Origin: Eutreptiella sp. 'Long Island Sound 2002'
Taxonomy: Eukaryota > Protista > Euglenida
Reading direction: 5' to 3'
Length of the DNA stretch: 64,000 nt
NCBI GenBank assembly: GCA_964036045.1
Contig: OZ038379.1
Location: forward strand, 70,990,001-71,054,000
Shown here in pieces: positions 1-11,318 of the stretch; the first letter of the stretch is position 1; every line of letters starts with the position of its first letter. The notes beneath the pieces were generated by a model. That model saw only the letters and a program-made list of their open reading frames with translations, was not told the origin of the DNA and made no database searches. A program made the translations under genes and the position numbers.

Positions 1-191
1 CATCAGACAGCACCGTTTAACAGGCAAGAAAGTGTTCTCCAAAAAAGAAAAAAAAATTTTCCGAAAGCGGTGCTGTCAGTGGCCCCCTTGTGTTTAACTG
101 ACTTTTGTTTGTGCTGGTTGTTTAACAGAGGGTCGGGGAAGGGGTCGAGAGCAGAGGGGAGGGGTTTAAGGGGTATAGCTGCCCAGCCGAT

Positions 192-462
192 GAGTCCCCC
201 CTTGCAGGGGGACCCAGAGCAAACATACAGACACCCACGCATGCCCACACATACACACATACACACGCATTAAAAACAACATCATGCACCCGCCAGCAAT
301 CAACCAACGTTCCCGTCAGCGACGTTCTCTAAAAGCGAAGCAAAGGGCAGAATGGCGTAAGATGCAAAAATAGTTCAGGGTAACCCTGTAACCAATGTTC
401 CTTAAAAGAAAAAAATGTTGACCTTTAACTAACTGACAGGGTCCCCCCTCGCAGGGGAACCC
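192..462. repeat. Two copies of a short GC-rich hairpin motif (~247 bp apart)
   Basis: GTCCCCCCTTGCAGGGGGAC at ~194-213 and GGGTCCCCCCTCGCAGGGGAACCC at ~439-462, each followed by a GAGCA...CAC-rich tail. Confidence 0.55.
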
Positions 463-1189
463 GAGCAGCTAAGCACATGCACAAGCACAGGCAAAAAGAA
501 AGTAGCTCCCGTAGTGGAAAAAAAAAACATAACTGTGACTGTCCTTATAGGACCGCAGAAAAATTCAGGGCACCCTCGATAAGTGATTATGCTGAAGTAT
601 GTTGAAAAATTTTGTTAAACCAACAAGTGTAGACATTTGTACTGAGGAAGTAAGCTTGTGGCCCTTGGAGCCCCTTTTCACAACCCCCCCCCTCAGCCTC
701 GCTCTCCTTGACTCTCTGGTGCTTGGGCGTCCTCTCGGGCCCCCCACACCCGGCGAAGAACCCCTTGCACCCCACCCAGGCACCAACCCTGCAGACAGTG
801 TCGTTTAACTGACAGAAAAAAAATGCCATGTGGAAAAAAGCAGACGCACCTGCAAAAAAAATTGTTTTTGGCAGAAGAGACACTGCTGCGGGCCCCCGTT
901 CCATTGAAAAAAAGAGGGGAAGAGTCGAAAACGGGGAGAGGGGGGTAGACCGTAGACGGTAGACAATGGAAAAATTGGGTCCCCCACACTAAATGGGGGA
1001 CCCCACTGAAATCGGGGGGTGTGAAGCAAAGCAGAATGCCCCTCCAGGCAGACACACAAAGAATGCAAAACACATACACAGAGCAATGTGAAGCAAAACA
1101 CCGAATGTACAATCACATGTGCTTCCATGACCCTGCATCGCCTGTCTCCCTGGACTGAGATTCAGGGCTCACATTGCCCCAAAAATACC

Positions 1190-1405
1190 CCGAAATGTAC
1201 TAAGAAGCCCCCCAAAACGTACTACAAAACCCCTGGAAATGTACTAAAAGGTGCCCTGTAATGCACTAAAAAAACCCACCAAATGTACTAAAAAAGGCCC
1301 CCTAACTGTACTAAAAAACCCCCTAACTGTACTAAAAAACCCCCCTAACTGTACTAAAAAAACCCCCCGAAATGTACTAAAAAACCCCCCGAAATGTACT
1401 AAAAC
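1190..1405. repeat. ~21-22 bp minisatellite (AAATGTACTAAAAAACCCCCC), ~10 copies
   Basis: GTACTA(A)n(C)n recurs about every 21-22 bp. Confidence 0.9.
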
Positions 1406-1472
1406 TCCTTTGTACCAACAACCAACAAACAAATTGCAATCACAAAAAGACTGGCAACGCGATATCCGGCAC

Positions 1473-1638
1473 TAGCCCCTTTATCTGCTTTGGGGCACAT
1501 CAACAGCCACATTCAAATGTGCACATGCCGAATTAGCCCCTTTATCTGCATTGGGGCACATCAGCAACCACATTCAAATATCCACGGCCCAAACTAGCCC
1601 CTTTATCTGCTTTGGGGCACATCAGCAGCCAAATTCCA
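1473..1638. repeat. 61-bp tandem repeat, ~2.7 copies
   Basis: TAGCCCCTTTATCTGC(T/A)TTGGGGCACATCA starts at 1473, 1534 and 1595. Confidence 0.9.
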
Positions 1639-2139
1639 CTACCATGCGTCGCACGGTATTTTAACACTTGTCATAATCCTGGATACATCATTCTCTGAAA
1701 GCAAAGCAAGGTGCAGAACGGGGCATGAGACACGGAAGAGGGGGACAACAAGCAGTGGGGCAAACTCTCCCGCGATTCTGGCATTCTTGCAAAAAGGGGG
1801 GCAGGGGCAAAATTTATTTTATTTTTGCGATTTTTTTTGCGGAACCTATTTTTGCGTAAGGCGTGAAGCCAATAACTGAATTTTTTTGCGTTTTTTTTTG
1901 CGGACAAGGTGGGGGGGGGGGGGGAGAAAAGCCTGATGGGGGGTTTCGGGTTGATCGTTGGGGTAGCCCACCAGCAAAACGGACCCTGTTGTTATTCACA
2001 TACCTAGTTCATGCCTACGGTCATGGTCTGCAAAGGAAGCAAGGTGCAGAATTGGGCAAGAGAAAAGGGGGGGGAGCCAAGTCTGATATGGGGACCAAAG
2101 CACAAGTGTGATAATTGGGGGGGGGGGGGCAAAGGCCTA

Positions 2140-2622
2140 TCATGGGGGGCTTGGGGGGTTGGGGGTTGGGGGTGATGGCCCAAAAAAGTCTGAAGTGTGA
2201 AGTCTGATAGCCCATTGGGTTACTATACCCATAGCTGCGGAGCGGCCAAGAGAGGCTTCAGAGAAGCATGCACCCTGATTGTCAACCGCGTGTGCCACTT
2301 TCCAAGTGATGTTCGGCTTCATCACCATGGGGATTTTTTTGGCTCGCCCCTTTTGTTTCTCATCATCCTGGCTAACTACAACCCATTCCGTCAAATCAAC
2401 GGTGTTTGGTGCCACGGTGGGATGGCATCGTGCCAAGTGAGTCTTGATGTTTAAATCCCACGGGGTGGCACTGCACGCGGGAATAGGACATTCGCGGGGC
2501 ATGTTTTCTTGTTTGCGCATGGCCACTGCGTGCTTCAATGGGACCACACACGGGCATGTGCTAGTGATTTTCTTACAATACTTGTGGTACACATGCCTGT
2601 AGTGCCACCACACGAACCGCAA
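2140..2622 (-). pseudogene. Possible remnant ORF carrying a C2H2/BED-like zinc finger
   Basis: The ORF track gives CPIPACSATPWDLNIKTHLARCH (C-x4-C-x11-H-x4-H spacing). The rest of the ORF has no recognisable domain. Confidence 0.3.
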
Positions 2623-2876
2623 AGTTCGGCGTCACCATGCAACCTTGGGTCCGTTACCACCTCTCGCTTCTACAAGTGAACCGCCACATGATTGCGCATT
2701 CTTGCCAAAGCAATGGCCACTCCACAAAAAAATAAAACTGCTGCTGCCGCGGGCCGCACGCTGGGATGTGCCACACCATCGTATGGCTTTGCACAGGACA
2801 ACTTGGCACCTTTTCAGTTTTCATAAAGGCGGATAGAGTGCCCACCGGAACGAGCCATTGACCATCGGCATCCAAC

Positions 2877-3020
2877 GCGTGCATTGTGAGTCCCTAACCC
2901 CAACTGGAGGGGCCACACGACAAAGCGTGCATTGCAAGTGCCTAAACCCAACCCGAGTGGCCACGCAACAAAGCGTGGATTGTGAGTCCCTAACCCCAAC
3001 TCAAGGGGCCACGCAACGGA
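2877..3020. repeat. 48-bp tandem repeat, 3 copies
   Basis: GCGTG(C/G)ATTG...CCCTAACCCCAAC...GGCCAC(A/G)C starts at 2877, 2925 and 2973. Confidence 0.9.
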
Positions 3021-3029
3021 GCGGGAAAC

Positions 3030-3355
3030 AAAGGGGGGCAAAATCGGAAATGGATCTCTCACACCCGCCTTCCTGGGGCGCACAAGTGGGCGGAAATGCT
3101 ACACCACCCTTGCATTGTCGGGGATCCCCGAAAAAAAGGGGGACAAAATCAGAAGTGGCTCCCTTACACGTGCCTTCTCGGGGGCCCACAAGGGGGCGGA
3201 AATGCTACTTCACCCGTGCATTCTCCGGGATCCCCAAAACAAAGGGGGACAAAATCAAAAGTGGGTACCACACCCCTGCCTTCTCGGGAGCCCAAAAAAG
3301 GGCGAAAACGCTACGTCCTTGCATTTTGGCGGTCCCCGGCTGAGAGGACAAAATG
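3030..3355. repeat. ~105-bp tandem repeat, ~3 copies
   Basis: AAAGGGGG(G/A)CAAAATC...GGGCGGAAATGCTAC unit; the AAAATC anchor is at 3040, 3145 and 3251. Confidence 0.9.
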
Positions 3356-3582
3356 AAAGTGACTGAATTGGGGGCAAAGACAAAACTTTGGATGTGTAGT
3401 CCAAAAGAATACCACCCAATAAATTTTCGCAGAAATGGTGTGTTTGCGTCGAAAAACACCCTTAAAAAACCCCCACAGAGCATTTTTGAAAACGGGGGGG
3501 GGGGGGTTCCGAAACCCCCCACGCTATCGGATTGCTCAGAACCCCCCCCTTGGCCGGATGGGATGCCACCCGCTGAACCGAC

Positions 3583-4560
3583 ATGTACACTGAGAATCAG
3601 TTGGCAGAGGTGGACGTGTGTCGGGCAATCAAGCATCACCTGTCCGCCCTTGTTGTTGTGCCCCCCGCCGGAAGATGGGATGTATGCCCATACTGCAGGG
3701 TGGCCGTACACGACTTGCAGTTCCACATCCCCCATCGTTGTACCCCGGCACATGTTGCCTTGTTGCGGGCCGCGGTTGCACTTTGGATGCACGCCTCCGT
3801 TCTTGAGCATCTATTGACCGAAGGTGGCCCTCCGCGGATCAGTGGTGGGACCGTCCTCTGCGATGCAGCCGGTCAAGCCGCTTACACACTACAACTAGGC
3901 CTGGAAGGACCAACAGTGCCCTATGAGAAGTACGACATGCATGTCGTGTTACTATCTGAGCTCTGGCAGCGGCCGCCCTTCAGCGCAACAGAGCAGCGCG
4001 ATGCATTCCGCTCAGTATTGAATGGTGCACACTCCACAACAACCGGGCAGACGATTGACCACCTCGTGGCTGCACGGCCGCAACGATTATCCCCACTGAT
4101 AGTGCAGTGAACCATCCCTCCATACGGCAGCCTAACCTCCACAGTGGTGGTTCGGAGCACCACACACCTCCCCTTATCAGCCAGTGCCATCGTCACATGG
4201 ATCCTACCGTCCTTGCCATGGACACGGCTCTTCATGACGGCCATGCCCATCCTGCCTGTTCCGCTCCGGCTGCAGGCTGCCGTCCCTCTATATGTCATAG
4301 TCACAGTGGGCTCTGGCCCCGGCGCATTCCAGCAACGGGCAGTCCTCACCACCTAGGAAACCCCACCTATCTATATGATCAACCCCAGCAGTGACCACGA
4401 AATGTTGTTTGCTCAACATCTGCCCTTGTGTATTGTGTGGCACAGCGAGGACATCAAAGTTGTGATTACCCATGGCGTACCATGGGACCGGAACGCTCTG
4501 CAGCCCAGCGAACAAACTGCACCTGTCGAGTTGTGCCTACTAGCATCCTCCGAGCCTTAG
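3583..4560 (+). mobile_element. Possible decayed 3' portion of a non-LTR retrotransposon (CCHC zinc-knuckle region)
   Basis: ORF 3583-4110 contains CPYCRVAVHDLQFHIPHRC (C-x2-C-x9-H-x4-C), close to the CCHC knuckle found downstream of RT in non-LTR elements. No RT motif seen; downstream frames are broken. Confidence 0.3.
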
Positions 4561-4769
4561 GAGTAGAAGAGCCCACACCAAGGCACCAACACACACTCGA
4601 AACCGCGTAGCGCGCACAGCGACGCGAAACAGAGCGAGGCAACCCCACACCCACAACTGAGCGGCTGGAGAGGACCATGGTTGAGAGTCCACTCCGGCGT
4701 AGGACGGAAACCCGCTAACCACCATCAGGAAATGCGGTCACGACCAACATCGTCGGGTCAAACCATATC

Positions 4770-7700
4770 CACGTCCATATACCATAGGTCCCCGCAGGCT
4801 CCCATAGGCCCCCATAGGCTGCTAGAGGTCCCCAAAGGACCCCATAGGTCTCCATAGCTCCCATAGGGCCCAAGGGGTCCCCAAAAGTCCCCATATATCC
4901 CCATAGGTCCCCATAGGCCCTCATAGTCCCCCATGGGTCCCCATAGGTCGCCAAAGGTCCCCACAAGCCCCCTTAGGCCCCCATAGGTCCCCAAAGGTCC
5001 ACGTAGGTACCCAAAGGTCCCCATAGATGCCAATGGGTGCCCATAGGCCCGCAAAGGATCCCATATGTCCCCATAGGTGCCAATAGGTCCCCATATGTCC
5101 TCATAGGTCCCCACAGGTATCCAAAGGTCCCCATGGGTGCCAATAGGTCCCCATAGGTCCCCATAGGTCCCCCCACAAGCCCCCACCGGCCCCCATAGGT
5201 ACCCAAAGGTCCCCATAGGTAGCCAAAGGTCCCCATGGATGCCAATGGAACCCATAGGCCGCCAGAGGTTCCCGATGGTTCCCATAGGTGCCAATAGGTC
5301 GCCATAGGCCGAGCAACGGACCCCATAGGTCCCCATAAGTCCCCATAGGTCCCGATAGGTCACCAACGGTCCCCGTTGGTTGCCATAGGCTCCCATAGGT
5401 TTCCATAGGTCCCTATAGGTCCGCAAAGCTGCCAATGGGTCCCCATAGGCCCCCGTAGGACCCGACGATTCCCCATAGGCCCCCAAAAGACCCCATAATT
5501 CCGCACAGGCCCCCATAGGTCCCCATAGGCCCCCAAAGGTCGCCCTAGATCCCCATAGGCCCCCATAGGTGCCAAAAGGTGCCCACATGTCCCCATAGGC
5601 CCCCATAGGTGACCCCAGGCCCCCACAAGTCCCCGTTGGTTCCCAAAGGCCCCTATTTGCCCCTATAGGCCCCCATTGGTTCCCATAGGTCCCCATAGGT
5701 GCCCATGGGTCCCCATAGGCCCCCATAGGACCCCAAAATTCCCCACAAGCCCGCATAGGCCGGGGTTTATGGGGACCTATGGGACCTGGTGGAATCTATT
5801 GGCACCTATGGGGACTTTTGGGCACCCATGGGGGCCTGTGGGGACGTATGAGGGCCTAAGGGGGCCTACGGGGTCTTTCAGGGACCTATGGGGCTTTTGG
5901 AGACCCATTGGCACCTACGGGGACCTTTGGGCACCTATGCAGACCTATGGGGCCCATGCGGACCTATGGGGCTCTATGGGGACCTTGAGGGATCTCTTGG
6001 CACCTATGGGGCCCAATGGGGCCTTTAGAGACCTATAGGGACCTACAAGGGCCTATGGGGACCTATAGGGAACTATGGTGGCGTAAAGGAACCTACGGGG
6101 GCCTTTGGGGACCTATGGCGACCTATGGGGGCCTCTGAGGACCTTTAGGGAATTATGGGAACCTATGGGGGCCTATGGAGCCTATGGGGACCTTTTTTGT
6201 CCTTCAGGAACCTACAAGGACCTGTGGGAACCTATTGGCAGCTATGTGGACGTTCGGGGACCTTTGGCAACCTATGGCGTCCTATGGGGGGGATGGGTCC
6301 ACATAGCCGCCCAAAGGCCCCAACAGGCTCGCAGAAAGAGCCCCATAGGTGCGAATAGGCCCTAACAGGTCCCCATAGGTCACCATAGGTGGCCAATGGT
6401 CCCCATAGGTGCCAAAAGGTCCCCATGTTTCCCCGCAAGCCCCCACAGGCCCCCAAACGTCCCCAAACATCCCCATAGGTACCCAAAGGTCCCAATACGT
6501 ACAAATGGGACCTATGGGGACCTATGGTGACCTATGGGCACCAATGGGGACCTATGGGGACCGATGGGGGCCTATGGGGACCTATGGGGGGCTATGGGGA
6601 CCTATTGGCACCTTTGGGGACCTATGGGGACCGACGTGGACCTATGGCAACATTTGGGCCGTATGGGTACCCATCGGCCTCTACGGGGACCTTTTGGGAC
6701 CAAGACCCCATATGCCCCCATACATCCCCATAGGTCCCCATAGGCCCCAATGGGTCCCCATAATTCCTCATAGGTCCCCGAAAGTCCCCATAGGCCACCA
6801 TATAGGCACCCACAGGTCCCTATGGGCCCCATCGGTCCCACAATCCCCCATACGTCCCCATATGTCCCCATACGTCCCCATAGGTCACCATAGGCCCCCA
6901 TAGGTCCCCATAGGCTACTAGAGGTCCCCAAAGGTGCCGTAGAGCGCTAAGGGTCCCCATAGGTCCCCATAGGTCCCCAAAGGCTCTCATGGGCCACTAT
7001 AGGTCGCCATGCGTGCCCAAAGGTCCCCATAGGTGCCAATAGTTGCCCATAGGTGCCCATAGGTCCCCATAGGGCGCCATAGGTCGCCACGGATCCCCAT
7101 AGGTCCCCACAGGATCCTACAGGCCCCCATAGGCCGCCAAAAGGCCCCACAAGTCGCCGTAGGCATCATTAGACTCCATAGGTCCCCATAGGTCCCCATA
7201 TGTCCCCATACGTCCCCATATGTCCCCATCCATCCCCGGAGGTACCGATAAGTGCCCATAGGTCCCCATAGGTCCCACACTTGCCCAAAGGACCCCATAG
7301 GTCCCCAAATTTCCCAATAGGTCCCCATAGGGCCCATAGGTCCCCATAGGTTCACACACGTCCCCAAAAGACCCTATAGGTGCCCGAAGGTCCCCATAGG
7401 ACCCCATAGCTCCCCATAGGTTCCCAAAGATCCCCAAAGAACGCCATAGGCCCCCATGGCTGCCCAAAGGTCCCCATAGGTCGCCAAAGGTCCCCATAGG
7501 TTCCCAAAGGACACCATAGGCCACGATAGGTCGCCACAGGTTTCCAAGGTCCCAAAAGTACCCCACAGGCCCCCACAAGTCACCCCAGGTCCCCATAGTT
7601 GCCCATAGGCCCCCATAGGCCGCAATAGGCCCCCATAGGTCCCCATAGGCCCCCATCAGGCCCCACAACCCCCCATACGTCCCCATATGTCTGCATAGGT

Positions 7701-8743
7701 CACCATAAGCCACCATATGTCCCCGTCAGTCCCCATATGCTGCTAGAGATCCCCAAAGATCCCGTAGGGCCCCAAGGGTCCCCATAGGTCCCTATAGGCG
7801 CCCATAGGTCCCTCGAGGCCAAGATAGGCCGCCATAGGTCCTCAAAGGTGCCTAAAGGTCCCCACAGGGGCCAATAGGTGCCCATAGGGCCCCATAGGTC
7901 CCCAAAGGCTGCCATAGGGCGCCACCAACCCTCAAAGCTCCCCATACGCCCCCATAAGGTCTCCAAAGATCCCCATAGATGCCAATAGGTCCCCATAGGC
8001 CCGCAAGTGTCCCCACAGGCCCCTATAGGTCCCCAAAGGATCCCAAAGGCCCCCATAGGTCACCAAAGATCCCAATAGGTCTGCATAGGCCAACATAGGA
8101 CCCCACAGGTCCCCATACGTCACCGTAGGTCCCCATAGGTCCCCATAAGGTCCCATAGGTCGCCATAGGTTCCCACAGGTCCCCTCAGGTCCCCATAGGT
8201 CCCCATACATCCCCATACGTCCCCATAGGTAACCATAAGTCCCGGTAGGTCCCCGTAGGTTCCCAGAGGTGCCCAAAGGACCCTGTGGGTCCCCAAAGTT
8301 CCCCATGGGTAGCCATAGGGCGTCAGAGGTCCCCATGGGTGCCCAAAGGTCCCCATAGGTTCGCCGGGGTCTCCGAAGCACCCCATAGGTCCCCATAGCT
8401 CGCCAAAGGTCACCATAGGTCCGGAACGGTGCCCACAGATCCCCATAGGACCCCACAGATTCCCAAAAGAACCCAAAGGACCCACAGGTCCCCATAGGTG
8501 CCCATAGGTCGCGGTAGGTCGCCAAAGCACCCCATAGGTCCCCAAAGGTTCCCAAAGGACACCATAGGTCCCCATAGGCCCCCATAGGTCGCCATACGTT
8601 CCCAAAAGTCCCCAAAGGTCCCCGCGTGCCCCATAGGTCCCCATAGGCCACCATAGGTCCCCATAGGCCCCCATAGGTCCCCAAAGGCCCCCATAGGTCT
8701 CCAAAGGCCCTCATAGGCCCCCATAGGTGCCAATAGGTGCCCA
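4770..8743. repeat. 10-bp satellite (consensus CCCCATAGGT), left part, with internal inversions
   Basis: Several hundred degenerate CCCCATAGGT / CCCCAAAGGT / GCCAATAGGT decamers; reverse orientation (ACCTATGGGG) at ~5761-6295 and ~6503-6701. Confidence 0.97.
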
Positions 8744-10449
8744 CACCCTCTAGTTAAACACTATCCAAAGGCCATTTGACTGATGACTAGTAACTTGTTT
8801 GTTTTGGTGAAATTTTTTTGTTTTTTTACCTTTTTTTTTGAAGAAATTGTTTACAAAAATGGTCATTCTGCGGATGCTTGCCTCCTTATACCTATTCCTG
8901 GCATTGCAGGTTCATAGGACACAACTTCGTTCTATGTGGATGGTACCATTGAGGTCTATGTATATAACATTGAGATATTACTTGCACAACATCCGGCACA
9001 AAAAACAGACCACATAGAAAGACCTCGTTAGTGGGCGCCAAAAGCAAAGCATCTCTTTGTTCTTTGTGGATTGCCTTGCTCAGGTGTACCTCACGCAAAC
9101 CAAGCACAACAATCACATAGCACCGCTTCATACGGCGCAAGGCATCTGCTGCAACAGCACACCAGCTACGAGTGTGTAGATCCCCTAATCCCAAGATTGC
9201 GGCATCAAGGGCGAGAGCAACTGCATGCAATGTCTTGAGCCTAGAGGGAGTATTATTCCAAAACAGCGCAGTAGATTGCAACATGTCACCCAGCAGGTCA
9301 CGAAACCCATGCTGGGTGCCGATGGCGGCGTTAAAGGCCAGCTCGCATATGTGACAGGATGCGTGATATGGCACGCCCACATTATACCCTGCGATCTCCT
9401 TATGTAGGTCGCCGACAATGCGAATAATCCCACCACATTCACCTTAAACCACACTGGCCCCATCCCACAGTAGAAAAAGAGCTTGCGGATCCAAACATCC
9501 AGATCCACGTCTGCATGGGCCATGGCCCGTCTCATTGCAGTCAATATTCTTGGAGCGGTGCCGGACGGGAGGGGTCGGCAAGAGAAAAAAATTGGTGGCC
9601 ATCACTCCATCAACCACGACGAACATAAAAAAACTCTTCTTTCTTTGATGCGCGGTCCGTGCACGAGTCGGATCCGATGGAGAAAAAAGAAGAGTCCTTG
9701 ATTACTAGACTAGTAGGGACAACTAGATTCCTATGGAAATGCGAAATGGATGGGAAATAAAGCGAAGCACCTCCCTACCGGAGGGGGGTGAACAATAACT
9801 TGGTGGAATTGTGCCTGCATTGAGTGACACGAGCTTGTTGAAATGCATCCAATTGGCACCCTCGGGAGCGACCGGACCGAGGCGGCACATCCATTCATCA
9901 CCACCCATCCCGAGATGCGAGATAGGAAAAGAGGGTGTGAAGGGTGAACAAACAAGAAGACGAGAGAAGAAAATTCTTCAGGCAGAATGGAGTAACATAA
10001 GAACCACCGAAGTTTAGGCTTGGTGTATCTATTTGTGGTAATGCGCACGGACATGCGGTGAATTAGAAGCGAGAACTTTGTGTATTTTGCGTTGAAGCTT
10101 GCTGTTCTAATGTGGACGTACAAATGCAATCCGTCACGAAATGTCAAGAGACACATTTCCCTAACCTCTTAGTTGTAAGCGAACGAGATGGCGAGTATGA
10201 TTGTTGCTTTACGGAAACCAATTTAAATGACACCTGGCCGAAATGACAACTTGCAAGCGAATGGCACAACGAGGCACCCCAAAACCTTCCCCAATGCATG
10301 CAACAATATGTGAAAACACCGATAAACATCAATAAACATCAATAAATAGCCATTCTCGCCGAAAAACGGGCGTGTTTTGGAAAATAAACGCATAGACACG
10401 CTTATTTTGAATTTGACTAGCGACTACAATAGCACTCAATTAGAGGCTG
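8744..10449 (-). mobile_element. Decayed, internally deleted hAT-superfamily DNA transposon (~1.7 kb) inserted in the 10-bp satellite
   Basis: Left end CACCCTCTAGTTAAACACTAT (8744-) versus reverse complement of right end CAGCCTCTAATTGAGTGCTAT (-10449): 15/21 match, CA termini. Flanks GGTGCCCA (8736-8743) and GGCGCACA (10450-10457) match 6/8, consistent with an 8-bp TSD. Removing the element restores the satellite phase. Confidence 0.85.
8892..9908 (-). pseudogene. hAT transposase pseudogene (ZNF862/DUF4371-like), frameshifted and C-terminally truncated
   Basis: In order across shifting minus frames: GREVLRFISHPF; IKDSSFFSIGSDSCTDRASKKEE (first catalytic D motif); DGASVV (second D); YHASCHICELAFNAAI (CxxH-like motif); NTPSRLKTLHAVA...LHTRSW (RW-motif equivalent); FLCGLFFVPDVVQVIS. 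No dimerisation domain before the left TIR. Confidence 0.85.
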
Positions 10450-11318
10450 GGCGCACATAGGTCCCCAGGGGCCACCATGGGTCGCCACGGGCCCTCAAAG
10501 ATCCGTGTAGGCCCCCATAGGACCCCATAGGTGCAAATGGGTCCCCAAAGGTCCCCATGGATGCCTATGGGTCCCCATAGTTGCCAATAGGTTGCCAAAT
10601 GTCCGCATGAGTGCAAATTGGTCCCCATAGGTCCGCATAGGCCAACACACGTCCCCGCAGCCCCCCATAGGTCCCAATAGGATCCCAGAGGGCCCCATAG
10701 GTCGCCAAAGGTCGCCATACGCCCCCATAGGTCCCCATGGGCCCCTATAGGTCCCCATAAGTCCCCATAGGTGCCCATTCCTCCCCAAAGCTGCCCGTAG
10801 AGACCAATAGGTCCCAATAGGTGCCTTAAGGTCCCCATAGATGCCCATAGGTCCCCATAGGTCCGCATGGGTGCCAATAGGTACCCAAAGGACTCCACAA
10901 GTCACCACAAGCCTCCATAGGTCGCCATAGTTCACCATAGACCACCATAGGTCCCCATAGGTCCCCAAAACTCCCCAAAGTTCCCCATAGGTCCCCAAAC
11001 GTCCACAAAGGTCCATAGTGGGCCCCATAGGGTGCCATAAATCCCCATATGTCCCCATAGACCCCATAGGTCCCCGTCGGACCCCATCGGTCTCCGTCGG
11101 CCCTGAAAAGCCCCAAAGGCGCCAATGGGTCCCCAGAGGCTCCCATAGGCGCCCATAGGTCCCCATGGGCCCGCATAGCTAGGGCCTACGGGGAGGTAAG
11201 CGGACCTAGGTCCGCTTACATCCCCGTAGGCCCCATGGGTCCCCACAGACCCCCTTAGTGCCCCATAGGTAGCCATAGGTCTCGGTAGGTCCCCGTAGGT
11301 CTCGATAGGTCCCCATAC
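10450..11318. repeat. 10-bp satellite, right part
   Basis: Same CCCCATAGGT decamers resume after the hAT insertion; contains a 52-bp palindrome at 11182-11233. Confidence 0.97.

Noticed and set aside
192-472. Helitron 3' ends at the two GC hairpins
   Set aside because: Only the second has a nearby CTRR-like word (CTAA), and no 5' TC end or Rep/helicase remnant was found.
2877-3020. Interstitial telomere (CCCTAA)
   Set aside because: Only single CCCTAA words inside a 48-bp unit; no tandem telomeric run.
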